DNA from: the human T2T-CHM13v2.0 reference genome, Homo sapiens
Reading direction: 5' to 3' (one strand)
NCBI RefSeq assembly: GCF_009914755.1
Contig: NC_060934.1
Length of the DNA stretch: 64,000 bases
A program made the translations under genes and the position numbers. A model generated the notes under the pieces. That model was not told where the DNA came from, did not search any database, and saw only the letters and a program-made list of their open reading frames with translations. This document shows positions 40,166 through 54,991 of the stretch, one piece after another; the stretch's first letter is position 1, and every line of letters starts with the position of its first letter.

Positions 40166-42289
40166 GAAGATTTGAAGTGAACCACACCAAGCCCCAGTCA
40201 TGCTGTGCCTGTGTGTGTCCCACCCAAGAGGGGCTGTGAGGGCATGATCTGGGACAGAGAGAGGACAGGCACCATCAGAAGAGGAGCAGGGGCTGTGTCC
40301 ACCGGCCCCAGGACACAGCGCAGCTCTGGTCCTGCTGCTCTCCTGCCCCACAGGTTCCGAGCCCAGCTGCAACCCACGGCGGGAGGATGGCTGGTGGGAA
40401 TCTGTGCTGAGGCCCATTGGGCAACCTTAGTCACCCACAGGACAGTGCATATGGGAATACTCGAATGCCCCCTGCCTCTCCTTCCACACCCTGCTGCAAC
40501 CAGCAGACTGAGCCATTGTCCTGCCCCACCCCATCAGAAGGCACCCCGCAAGCTGTTCTCACAGGAAGGAGCTACTTATGCTCGATCCTGGTCCAGAGGC
40601 GAGAGAAGGGCTCCAGTGGGCACACCTGGGCTGAGAAGCAGTTCACAAGGGAACTCAGGGGGCCAGGGCTGGGGCTCAGGGGAAAAGAGATGGAAGGCAG
40701 CCCTGGCAGATTCTTGCTCAAGTGGCAGGAGGCAAGAGGGCTGGGAAGGCTTCCACCTGGGTCTTGCTCCCAGCTCCCACCCACCTGTGGCCTTGTCCTA
40801 GTCCTGGGCATTTAGGAAGGGCTAGGAAGGGCAGCAGCAGCCAAAAAGATCCCAGCCAGGCCTCAGGCTCATGTCCTGCTGAGCTGTAAGCCACTAGCTA
40901 GCACCCCATTCACCTGACCCAGGCCTGACCACTTAGAAAGTACCCCATGATGGCAAAGCTTCTCCAGGCCAATTCCATGTCCCTGATTGTGTGAAATCAC
41001 AGGCTGAGGACATGAGAGTGGTGGCACTTACATTAGAAGCAGATGCTGAGGCCCAGCCCTCAAGGCTGTCCTGCCTTTTCTGTGGCTGGGCTAGCCAGAG
41101 CTCTGCGCCCATTCCTGCTGCCTGGGCAGAGGCTTTCCCTCTGCCTCCAGGAACCTTCGCAATCCCACCAGGAAGCGTTGGTGTTTGAGGCCGCTCTCTC
41201 CTGCCCATCCACCCTGAGATGCTCCCTAAAGCCCCCTGCCAACCTATTCTGGCCTCCCACCCCATCCTGCCTCCAGCAGTCTGATGCCCGGGCCAGGCAG
41301 CCTTCATCCCGCTGCCTTCATCTAGGCCTCCTGGAACACACTCATATTTGGCTGATGTTTTACAGAGGACTTGCAAGGCCCAAGGGTGGGTTGGGGGCAG
41401 GGGTCTGCCAGATAGAGAGAGGTCCTGGGCAATGGGTATCCTGAGGCTGGCAAAGCCTCAGCCAACCACTAAGAGTTGGCGGGCTCTTGGACCCCTGCTC
41501 CCAGACCCCAGCCTGTCGGAGCTCTCTTGGAGCCACCTAGTTGAAGCCCTGCCTTCCCACCTACCCCAGACCCCTTCATGTAGTGCCCTGGGGGGCCCCA
41601 GGCTGGGTTCCATGTAAACCCCTCAGTATAAGCAGGAGAGATGTTCTCATTCAGCATCCGGTGTCTGTGGGCATTTGTGGAGGTGCCTGACTACTATGGG
41701 TGCTAAAGGAATCGGAAAGGGCCGATGCGGCTGTGTTCCCAATGCAAGGTTGATCATGTATGGTCCAGAGACAGGGAGCATCCCTCCAAGTGGTGGATCA
41801 AAGAAGGCTTCCTGGAAGAAGAGGTCAGTGTATTTTATCATCAGGAATGGTTAGAATTTGGGTGGAAGCAGATACAAAAGGCTGGACAGATACTCTAAGC
41901 AGAACAAGCAGAGGTGCTGATGAGAAGTGGTGTCCCAGAACCCCAAGTTAATCATTTTAGTTGGAATGGAGAGAATGCAGAGGATGTCATGGTTAGTAGT
42001 GGTCTGCATCTAGACTCCCAGGCTATGGGATTTTGAATGCATTCTGAAGGAAAGTGGAACTAGCAAAGGCTGTAGGGCGCCTTTCACACTATAGCTGATG
42101 AGGTGTTCTTCATCTAGACCACAATGGCAATGTGGGCCCTGGAGTTGCATGGAGCATTCCTGGGGCAAAGTGATGCAGCTCAGGGTTCCCCTGAGCCATA
42201 GTCACCAGGCAGCAAGGTGGAACATAGACCAGGTGGGTGGCAGCATGAATAATTTCAAGACCAACCACCTGACTGGCATTCTATCATCA

Positions 42290-42545
42290 CCCAATCAACA
42301 GAGATTTTCATGCTCTACCATCTTAACTAACACAAGTAGCATCATCACCCCCACAGTGGCAACCACCCCTTCAGCACTGTCAATACCAATCACAAGGCCC
42401 CCACCATCACCAACAGTTCTGACCAAGCCCAGTGGCAACAACCCCAAGACCCAGCATCACCACCACCATTCCCATCCTTTCCAGACATAATATCATAGTT
42501 ATCAATAACAGCATCAACCAAACCCCACCATTCCCACCACCAAGG
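42290..42545. repeat. CAC/CAT-rich low-complexity tract
   Basis: Repeated caccatcacc/caccaccacc motifs. Confidence 0.6.
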
Positions 42546-43885
42546 GCCACCATGGAAGAGCAGGGGCACACAGTCAACATGCTCCACCTTGATGCTGACC
42601 AGACTGAGGGAAGAGATAAGCTGAAAAGGGGACGATGGTCAGGCTGTGTTTCTCCTGGCCACGCCAACCCCCCATGGAGCCATGAGCATGTGGGCCTAGT
42701 TTGGTTTGATTTGGTTTTTGCTTAGATGTTTAAACTGAATTATGACTAAGGCAGGAGGCAACTGTAGACCTTAGATCAGGATGGGGTGATCTCACCAGCA
42801 CTGTCCTTAGGAATGAAGCCAGGACCAAGTAAGTTCTCCACAGTGCTTGCTCTATGATGCCCCCTTCAGAATGCTTCAGAGGGTTTGTGGAACTTCAGGC
42901 AGGAACTGACCTGGAATAAGAGCCCAAGATCCTTCAAGATACCCTTTGATGCCTCCTCTGCCTTCCCTAGCCCTGGCTTCTTGGTGTCTTTAGACAGTGT
43001 GCTAGAGAGGATGCTACTCAGCAAGAACCCCAAGCAGCAGGCTCCCTTACGTGCATACCCAGGTATACCTGGTGGTGATCATCGTCCTGGTGCTGTGGTC
43101 AATGATGAATTTTCCTAGGGCCCACATCCAGCTCCAACTTCATGCCCTGGAATCCAGGGTTCATTTGGAGCTCTGGCTGCGGAGAGCAGCAGGTAAGCTG
43201 GCCTAACAGTGAATTGGAGCCAAGGAGACAGGCAAAGCCAACCTCCTATTCATCCTACAGAATATTGTCCCCAGCCTGGACACTGTCATTGTCCTTGTCC
43301 TGTGCAGTGTCCTCATTTCCCAGCAGCCTACTGGAAGTGTGGTGTAGGGCCATGGAGAGCAGATAAAGGAGATCAGTGTTCTGTGTCAGCCTGAGCCGTC
43401 CCAGGCCATACCTGCCCACACTGAGAGGAGGGTCTGAGCAGCCAGCTCAGTGGCGTGGCTACAGAGACTGCAGCTACTTCTCTGAGGCAGTCACATCACC
43501 GGCATGGCTTCCAGAAGCGAGGTTCTTTCATAGGTGGGTTCGTGGAAGGGCCAGGGCCAGGCACGGCTGCAGGCCTGCAAGCTGGGCTGCCCAAGACCGC
43601 CTCCCTGAGCATTAAGTCAGGGAAGACCTGGGCAGGATGTAACCACTGCTCTTGCCCATCCCAAAAGCTTCCCACGCAGTTATGGAGAAGGATGGCACTC
43701 TCTCTCCCATGGGGGCAGTCAACCTCAACCTTGCCACTTCTCCAGCTCCATTCTTCCGTGACCCTGTCACAATATTTCATGCCCTTTTTACCATACACCT
43801 CACCAGATGAAGGAAAGTAATTCAGTAATGCTTTTGCAAATAGCTGAGGGCCCGCTTGCATTCCTATCTAGGGCAGACCCCTTTA

Positions 43886-44392
<507 letters not shown>

Positions 44393-44554
44393 AGTGGTGA
44401 GGCCCCAAGCCCTTTTTTGCCATTTTGCAGCTTTGTGATGTTTTACTAGAGACACAATCTTTCTGGACCTCAGATTTCTCATCTACAAAATGAGGGTCAC
44501 AATCCCAATGGCTCAGGGAGGTTTAAATGATAAAATTGAGTAATAGGGTAATTT

Positions 44555-45156
<602 letters not shown>

Positions 45157-46284
45157 TAATTTCTTTTACTGTGGTAAGCACTTAGTAATGCAAAGTATTG
45201 TTATTCTAATTATTTCCAATAAGAATAGTGCCTTTTATTGGGGAAAGAGTCTACTTGGCTGATCACAACAAGAGGTTTATTTCTTCCTCCATGAGGTACC
45301 GGTTAAGGATTCAAATCACAACATCCCTCAATCAGATCCTGCTATTCTTACTGATAAGTTGTAGGACCTTGAGCAACTGAATTCTCTTTGTTACCATTTC
45401 CTCATCTATTAAATAAGAGTCCATGATACCAACATCAGAGGGCTGCTGTGAGGAAGTAAAGACATCATTCCTGGCACATAGCATGAGGTCAATAAACAAA
45501 CTGCATAGTGTAGGGGGAGTCATTCCCACTTGCAGAAGCTGCATTTATCCAGTTGCTGTTATTGCAAAAACAAATCAAAGAGTAAAGAATGTGCATTTCT
45601 TTGCTTTCCTATAATTTAATTTTTATTCTCTGCCCACCCCATTTTACAGTTAGCAACCCAGCTCTGACTGCTCTTGTCTTCCTAGAGTGGTTCTAGGGAA
45701 GAGGTGCTTACAGAATGCCAAGGCACTCAGGGTGGGGGTGTGGGGGCACACCTGGTCCTCTGTCAGGTTCTGCCTGCACTGGCATTTGCTGAGACATCCC
45801 CAACCCGTCTGGTCCACACTGGCAGTGTGGTCGCCTTTCTCTTTCCCAGTTACAAGGTCTTTCAGATCTGCAGGTGCTCAGGACCATGTTCTTGTCACTC
45901 TTGGGTGCATGGCAAATCCTCTAGGGCACCCAGGCCACACAGAGGCATGGGGATCTTTGGGCTATTTCAGGTCTGCCTGGCCCCTCACCATGGGCATGGG
46001 GAACCCTGGGGTCCTGCTGCTTCCTCAGGGTTGACCTTGAAAAGGGGCACAGGGGCTTCTATTCTTGAATCCCCTTGCCACAGTGCCCACTTTTGTCCAG
46101 GTAACCTTGCTCTGCCTGGCATGGTAGCTTTCAGCCATCTGTCTTGTTGGTGCCCTGAGTCCTTCCGAGCCCAAAGCCTAGGTTCTCACAACTCCAGAGC
46201 CTAAGCCCTTGACACTCAAATATCTTCACTCTGCTTTTTTTGCTGTATCATTCCTTCCCAAGGTAGCACATGCCCCCTGACTGA

Positions 46285-46857
<573 letters not shown>

Positions 46858-47077
46858 TAACTGGGCCACAGGTGCTGGGCCTGACCCTGGGGAAGGGAGG
46901 CAGGAAACGCCCCACTCTGGGTCTACCTGTGGCCAGCTGTGTCCAAGGTAGTTAGGGCCCGCAGGCCTAGAGGAAGCCAAGGCCAGCGCTGCTTGGTGCA
47001 GAGTGTGAAGGGGAAACTGAGGGTGAATTACAGGGGTGTGCACCACTGTGGCGGGGACTGTCACTCTGCCCCCCAGG

Positions 47078-47170
47078 GACACATACACCGGTGAGAGAGG
47101 TAACAGTGTCTCTCTCTGACACATATACCAGTGAGAGAGGTAACAGTCTCTCTCTCTTTCTCACAGACAC
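47078..47170. repeat. 40-bp tandem duplication
   Basis: gacacata(c/t)acc(g/a)gtgagagaggtaacagt(g/c)tctctctct at 47078 and 47118. Confidence 0.88.
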
Positions 47171-49958
47171 ATACACACACTCATACACACAAAGTTAGAT
47201 AACAAAAGGGGACTGTGGAAAAAGTCTTTGTTCCTGGAACTCAAATTAGATAGAATGAAAGTTGTCCCTGTGGGCTGGAGAAATCAAGGAAGGCTCCATG
47301 GAGGAGGCAGCATTGGAGCTGGGCAGGGAAGGCAGGTCAGATTTCCTCAGAGAGTTCAGCCATGTTAACGCCAGAGGCACCTGGTATAGTGGGATTTATA
47401 TCTGCTCCACAGCTTACTGTGTGTAACCTTGAAAAAGTGACTGAAGCTCTCTGAACCTCAGTTTCCTCATCTGTTAAGATGTTTACCTAACACTTATTAT
47501 ATAGAATTATGATAGAAAAAATGTCTGTAAAACACCTAATACATATGAAGGACACAAGTATTGTGAGTTCCTGCATCTGCCCTCCTAGACACCCAGCAAG
47601 CAGAGACCAAAGGCCAGGGGAGAAGAGCGAAGGCAGAGAGGCCAGGCTGACAGGTCACTCTGCAGTGGCCATGTGGCGCATCAGGCTGGATGGGGCCAGC
47701 TCTCTGTCTGGGCTTCCAAGAGTAGGCCAGTTAGTGTTTGGGGTCAGAGCCCAGGTGTCCCAGGCCTCCCACCCTGGCCCCCACGGTTTGCTGGGGAGGA
47801 CATGCCTCTTGGATCAGGATGGGTAGGTCCATGGTGCAGCCTGAGGTGGGATTGATGTGAGCAAACCGGCTTGCAGGCCTGTCTGCTGCCCCCATCCCGG
47901 GCTTCACATTAACCACATGGTGCCAAGCCCAACCTTTCCCCAGCCCAACTCAAGCCTGAAGGAGGAGCCTGGCCCTCCAGGGATGGTTTCATCCCAGTTT
48001 CCTGGGGGGATTTAGGACACTGCTTCCCCTCTTTATACCAGAATCTCTTCATATAAAGGCCTTGCTACCTGCAGAAAGATGAAACTTTGAGGAGGGCAAG
48101 AAATGCCTCTGTTTTTGAGTGGGAAGAAGCCTCCCAATATGAATGGTGAGGGGCTATAAATGCTGGAGCCCTGCAGGCAGTCTAGCCTCATCCCTGGGGC
48201 CCCAACCCTGCTCAAAGGCAGGCACCAGCACCAGGCTTAGGTCTCAGTGTCCTGGGCCTGCCCACGGCTGAGCTCCTGGAACCCTTGGGATGCCCCCCAC
48301 AGGGGGAGTCCTCCCTTCCTTCCCTTTGCCTTGCCAGGAGAGCTGGGACCTGGGTGGAGCTTGGAGAGGGGCACAGAGGGCTGGCTGCCCAGCGGGGAGT
48401 GGGGCTGGAGCAGAAGGGGTCACGGGTTTGCACTCTGAGCAAAGCTACCTCCGCTCCTCACACATGGGCTGGGGTGGAGCGGGAGGTGGGGGAGCCCATG
48501 GGAGGCAAATGGACTCCCCAGCCTTTCATGGGAGCATGGCTTCAGAATTTTCAATGGATGCCATAAGCCTCTGCTCCCTTTCCCAGTGCCAGTCCCTGAC
48601 TCAGGACCTGTAGCTCCTGGGCTGTGGGCAAAGTGTCCTCCAATGATGGAGTCCAGCTAAGACCACTGCACCTTGGCCCGCCCCCATCACTATGGAAGCC
48701 CGGCACCCCTTGGACACTGTCTCTTCCTCTTCCATGGAGACCCCTACTCTGCTGGTCTTAGCACAGGAATCTATCCAGAGAAGGGCAGGTGGGCCTGGGG
48801 AGGGGAGACAATAGCTTCACTCAGCCAGAAACTCGGCAGCTTGACAGGGCAAGTGTGCACAGCCCCCTGGTCTGGGATGCCAGCTCCCTGAGGCTCATTT
48901 TATCTCCGCCTTGTCTGGGACAGCCCCTCAGACCTCTCTGGATCCACTCAGAAGCTTGGTGGTGGGTTCTCATGCCAGGGCCAGTCCCTTCTCAGAGCCC
49001 CAGAGAGGAAGGCACTCCTCATCCTACAGCTCTGCCCAGCAGGGATCGGCAGGCCCCAGGTCCTTGAGGAACAGACAGAAGGAAGGCAGAAAGCCATGTG
49101 GGGGTGGCAGGCAGGGCTCACTTCTCCAGCACCTCTAGCAATAACCCATTTGCCCTGGGTGTGGGCATGTGGTCCCCTTTGAGATCTGAAAGACCAGGGA
49201 TGTGTTCTGCAAGGTGTTCATTAGTTTTAAATGAAGAAAAGCATTTTACAAACAAATACAATTGGGGAACACTGATCAGACAAGGCTCAACAGGCCGCTG
49301 GATTCCAGGAGTTCTCAGAGCCTTCAGCTCTCTGGGAGGAGAGGCCACGACGCACAGACTCTCCTGAGGGTAATGAACTAGGACGCTTTTTTTAAAATCT
49401 CTTTGACCCCATTGTCCCTGGGCCACACATGGGGAAAGGTGACCCTAGGCCCCTTGAAAACTAACCCAGTTGGAGGAGGGCAACAGGAACTCTATGCAGA
49501 AGAGGTGTGTGTTGGGGGAGAGGGGGGTGCCTTGGGCAGCAGGCGGGGGCAGTCTCCTGACTTCCCCTGAGCTCTCACTGGAGCATCTGTGCCCAGAAAC
49601 CTGAGACTTTGCTGTTCCTTCCAGCAACAATAGAAAAGGGTAGGCAGAAGAGGCCAGGTGGTCAGGGGCTGAGGTGCCCCACAAGGTCGTGGGGGTAGGT
49701 AGTTCTGACCAGCGCCATCTCTCTCCTCTCCCCTACCTATGCGCTCTTCCACAGTCCCACCTGGACAGTCTCTCCCCATGAGAGTGAAGGGTCTTCCCGG
49801 TGTCCTCCTGGTGGCTTTTCTCCCTCTCTCCAAAGGCGGTGGCACTAGCCACCCAAGGAACATCCTCCTCCCCTCCAAGACCCTCATGGTCCTTCCTTCA
49901 CAGTTTCTGGCAGTTCCCCAGAAATGTCTCTGTCAGGTGTCCTCACAGAGGCTTCTGA

Positions 49959-50330
<372 letters not shown>

Positions 50331-50443
50331 TAGCTGTGGGTCAGAATCCTATGGAGCCTGCATCTGGTCTGGGGGAGACAGGTGAGCAAGAAAGCGGTGG
50401 ATGATTCTAAGGGAGAGCGAAGGAGAACAGAGAAGTCTTCTCC

Positions 50444-50719
50444 GGACCGGGCATGGTGGCTCACACTTGGAATCCCAGCACTTTGGGAGGCTGGGGCAGG
50501 AGGATCGCCTGAGGTCGGGAGTTTGAGACCGCCGGGGCCAACATGGCGAAACCCCATCTCTACTAAAGATTCAAAAATTAGCCGGGCGTGGTGGCACCCA
50601 CCTGTAATCCCAGCTACTCGGGAGGCTGAGGCAGGAGAATCGCCGGGAGGCCGAGGTTGCAGTGAGCCGAGACTGCACCATTGCACTCCAGCCTGGGCGA
50701 CAGAATGAGACTCCATCTT
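50444..50719 (+). mobile_element. Alu lacking a poly(A) tail
   Basis: Dimer ends at gagactccatct with no A tract; small deletion in the right arm. Confidence 0.88.
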
Positions 50720-51249
50720 CTCTGTGTCATGCCAGTGTGCGAGATTTGGCCGCAGCCATGGGGGTACAGAACAGCACATAAGGAGCCTAGACTCGGGAGC
50801 AGGTCCTATCCAGGCGCAGGGAGAAACCCCAGGGAAGTTTTCTCTGCCGCTGGAGCCCAGGGAGATGAGACAGGCACTGAGTCAGGGCAGGCCTTGCTTC
50901 GGGGCGCTGGTTCATGAAGCTCGCTCTGACAGCAGGGCTGAGTGTGGGCGGTCGAAGCGGCTTTTGCCCGAGACAGAGGCCGGTGCCACGGCCTGCTCTG
51001 CTCTCGAAGGCAAAGTGCCTCATCCATCCAGGCTGCGCTGTTCATGGACACCTTGTGTTCTGGGGATGGAATGAAGCACCCAGCACAGCGTCTGTCACAC
51101 GGGAGGTGCCCTTCTCTGTCCCTACAAAGAAGGGGCAAGGATAGACGGTTCTGAGGTGAAAACTCCGCAGGGCGAGGTGGCATTTTGCAGTAGTGAAAAG
51201 CCTTAGATGGAGCAGTGGGAAGAGGCTGCCCCTGCAGAGACTGGGAACA

Positions 51250-52450
51250 CAGGGAGGGGAGGCTGGAGAGGAGTTGGAGGAGAAGCGGCGGGTGGAGGCG
51301 AGGCCTTGCCGGGGCACAAGGAGGACATTTCCGTCTCTTCCTGGGGAGGCGCTTCTGGCACCTTCCGGGGCGGCCTCCGGCTGTCTTCGCCCAGCCCGCC
51401 AGGCGGCGTCAGGGCTCCGGGGGCGCGCGGCCAGCCCGCCCTGCGTCTCCTTCCTCCTCCTTCCCGGGCTGGGGCCCAGGCGAGCGAGACGGGCCGGAGC
51501 CGCGGGCCCCCGCGCCGTTCCCAGGCCGCGCAGACATTAACTCATTCCTGCCTAGGGGGAAAGAGGCGGCCGGGCGGGCGCGCGCTGGAGCCGGCCTGCC
51601 TCCACCTCCCTCTCCGGGAGGCCCGGCTGCCAAGCGGAGTCCGGGGGCGGCTGGCAGGCGGCCCCGTATGAAGTGGGGCGTGTGGTCCCGAGCCCCCCTC
51701 CGCTCCCCTTCCCTCCAGGCTCTTCGGATCCGGGCGTCAGAGAGGGCGGGGAGCCCGCGCGGGACCCGGAGCGCCGCGGCCGCAGCCGCAGCTCCCCCCG
51801 GGGCCTCCTCCGGGCCGAGGGCGGCGTTCGCAGGCCGGATCTTATCGCTGGCGCCCGAGGTGGGCGGCCGCTCCCCGGAACACCTGAGGCCCGGGAGGGG
51901 GCGGGCGGCGGCGGCGCGGAGACCCTGCGCGCGGGCCGGGGACGGTCACGTTGGCCCGCGGGCCGGGCGGCGGCCAGGCGCTTGCGGAGAGCCGGGCCCG
52001 GCCCGGAGTGAGTCAGAAATCACCTTGTTTAATTACATATCCCCGAGCCCGCCGAGTGCGATAGGGGACTTTTGAACTTGCCAATTAGAGATGAAATATC
52101 ACCTTCTAATTTAGACTGGCTTAATTCCGTCACGCAAAAATAGCAACAGCCCCGGGGCTGCGAGATGGGATATCAGGTCTCTCCTGGCGTGACGGCGAGC
52201 CAGGCTGAAGGATGCAGAAGCTGAGGGCTGCGAAGCGCCACTGCCTGCTCGCCCCCCGACGGAGTCGGGGTTGCGACGGGGGAACGGAGCTGCCGGGCCG
52301 GGCCACCGAGGCCGGGGAGGTTCCTTCTCTGGGTGGGTTAGCCCCAAGCAAGGAAGCCGTCAAATCGGGGTCCAGATTCTAGCCTGCCTCTGTGAGACCT
52401 CTGTGTTGTGGGGGCTGGAAAAGAAAAGGAGGTGGATCCGGGAGTCTGTA
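51250..52450. promoter_or_regulatory. Intragenic CpG island
   Basis: Abrupt, very high GC and CpG density (CGCG, GCGGCCGC, GC boxes) compared with CpG-depleted flanks; not Alu-derived. Confidence 0.9.
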
Positions 52451-52805
52451 AGGCCTTCCGATGGAGGGAAGCGACTGCCAGGCAGGGGGAATAGGGTTAG
52501 TATTGCTGGAGGGAGGCAGGAAAGGTGGGCCAGGGCCCTGTTTACTTGAAAGGGGGCGTACTAAAGCCTGTTTTGCTGCTTGGGGAGTTTCTAAGCGGGC
52601 ATCTGCTGTTGAGTCTGGCAGCCTGAGCTCGTTTCGGCTAAGCAGTTCACCAGCTGGATGACTTGGAGGCAGCCATTTAAGCTCTCCAAGTCTCAGTTCC
52701 TCATCTGTAAAATGGACTTGCAAATATTATCTGCCTCCTTGGATTGCAGCGAGTAATAAGGCACGTAAAGGGCCTGGCATGTGGAAGCAGTCATTTTGGT
52801 GAAGG

Positions 52806-53364
52806 CAGCACCACGCAATAGAAATTTCCTATTAGCCACATTTTTAAAAAATAAAAGAAAGCAAGTTAAATTCATTTTAATATATTTTCTTTGACTACAT
52901 ATATTTAAGATATCAGGCCGGACGCAGTGGCTCACGCCAGTAATCCCAGCACTTTGGGAGGCCGAGGCGGGCGGATCATAAGGTCAGAAGATCGAGACCA
53001 CCAGGGTAACACGGTGAAACCCCGTCTCTACTAAAAAAGTACAAAAAATTAGCCGGGCGTGGTGGCGGGCGCCTGTAGTCCCAGCTACTCGGGAGGCTAT
53101 GGCAGGAGAATCACTTGAACCCAGGAGGCAGAGGTGGCTGTGAAGCCGAGATTGCGCCACTGCACTCCAACTTGGGCGACAGAGCAAGGCTCCGTCTCAA
53201 AAATATATATATATATATAATTTCAACATATAATCAATATAAAATAATTATTAATGTGCCTTCAAAATCTGGTGTGTGTTTTACACTAACGGCACTTCTT
53301 GGTCGGACTAGCCACATTTCAGCTGCTCATCGGCGACGTAGCACTATGTATTGGACACCGCAGG
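52806..53364. mobile_element. MER33-like DNA transposon interrupted by an AluY-like element (52916-~53218, +)
   Basis: caatagaaat...tagccacatt...aatttcaacatataatcaatataaa...ggactagccacatttc...tattggacaccgcag matches MER33 as I recall it. Confidence 0.78.
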
Positions 53365-53384
53365 ATTAGGGCTTCTGGTCTTAA

Positions 53385-53679
<295 letters not shown>

Positions 53680-54199
53680 AATCTTAATCTTTTTTAGCAG
53701 AGAATTGCACTTCACAAAGAAAGGAAAGAAAATGTTGCACAGAACCCCCTTATATATAACAGAGGGATGAAGCTGCTCTGAAGTTGTGCTAGATCACCTC
53801 TCCCTGCTCTCTGTCCCTGGTGGTGTTCCTGGAATCACTTCTTCCCCCAGCATTTTGATATTCTCTGCAAAGTTGTTAGGGAGGGTGACAATACCTCAAA
53901 TTTGGGCTGTACACATTTACAAAATCCATTCACTGTGTCACCCCAGCAGGTCCCCAGCATGCCCTGTGGGGCAGGCAGGGTGTCAGGCATTCCACCACCA
54001 CTGAATAGACCTCAGTCTCAGGTTATCTGACTTCAGGATGTTCCATTTCCCTTCCCTCCTCTCCCCCAACCCTAGGCGCTACCAGTCTAACTGGGCTGGG
54101 CTTCCCTAGGTGAGCAGCAGGCCATGAGACAGGCTGACAGTACATCTGACCCTGACACCCAGGTTGCCCCCATCCTTGCCATCCTCACTCACATTTAGT

Positions 54200-54415
54200 G
54201 ACACACTATGCCAGGTACTAGGCTACGCTCTTTATATTTCTTACCTTCCCTTAATCCTCATAATAACCTTGTGAGATACTAAGAATCAGTATTGCCAGTT
54301 TTAGATGAAGAAATTGAGGCCCAGAGAGGTTAAGGAACTTGCCCAAGGACACAAAACCAGGAGGTAGTAGAGCTGGATCCTGCAGCCAGGGCTCTTGGCT
54401 ATGCTATCAAGACTC
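54200..54415 (-). mobile_element. MIR
   Basis: tatgccaggtact...taatcctcataataacc...ttttagatgaagaaattgaggcccagagaggttaaggaacttgcccaagg. Confidence 0.8.
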
Positions 54416-54609
54416 CACAGCAGGGGGTCTCCTTCATGTTGAAAATGACTCCTCCCTGACATGTTGCACTGAGATTTTCTAGAAATTGGACTCATATTCT
54501 TTACAGAGGCAGCTTGGGATGATAGAATGAATGGTTTTGGAGATGTATTCCCACTTACTAGCTCTGTCTGAGCCTCAGTGACCTCAAGTGTAAAGAGGGA
54601 ATAATGTGA

Positions 54610-54991
<382 letters not shown>

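Noticed and set aside
48040-48170. TATA-like GGCTATAAATG and near-CArG sequence as an internal promoter
   Set aside because: The motifs are imperfect and isolated; not supportable from sequence alone.
51215-52075. 286-aa ORF and overlapping ORFs in the CpG island
   Set aside because: Arg/Gly/Pro/Ala-rich in all frames, as expected from stop-codon scarcity in very GC-rich DNA; no domain or splice support.
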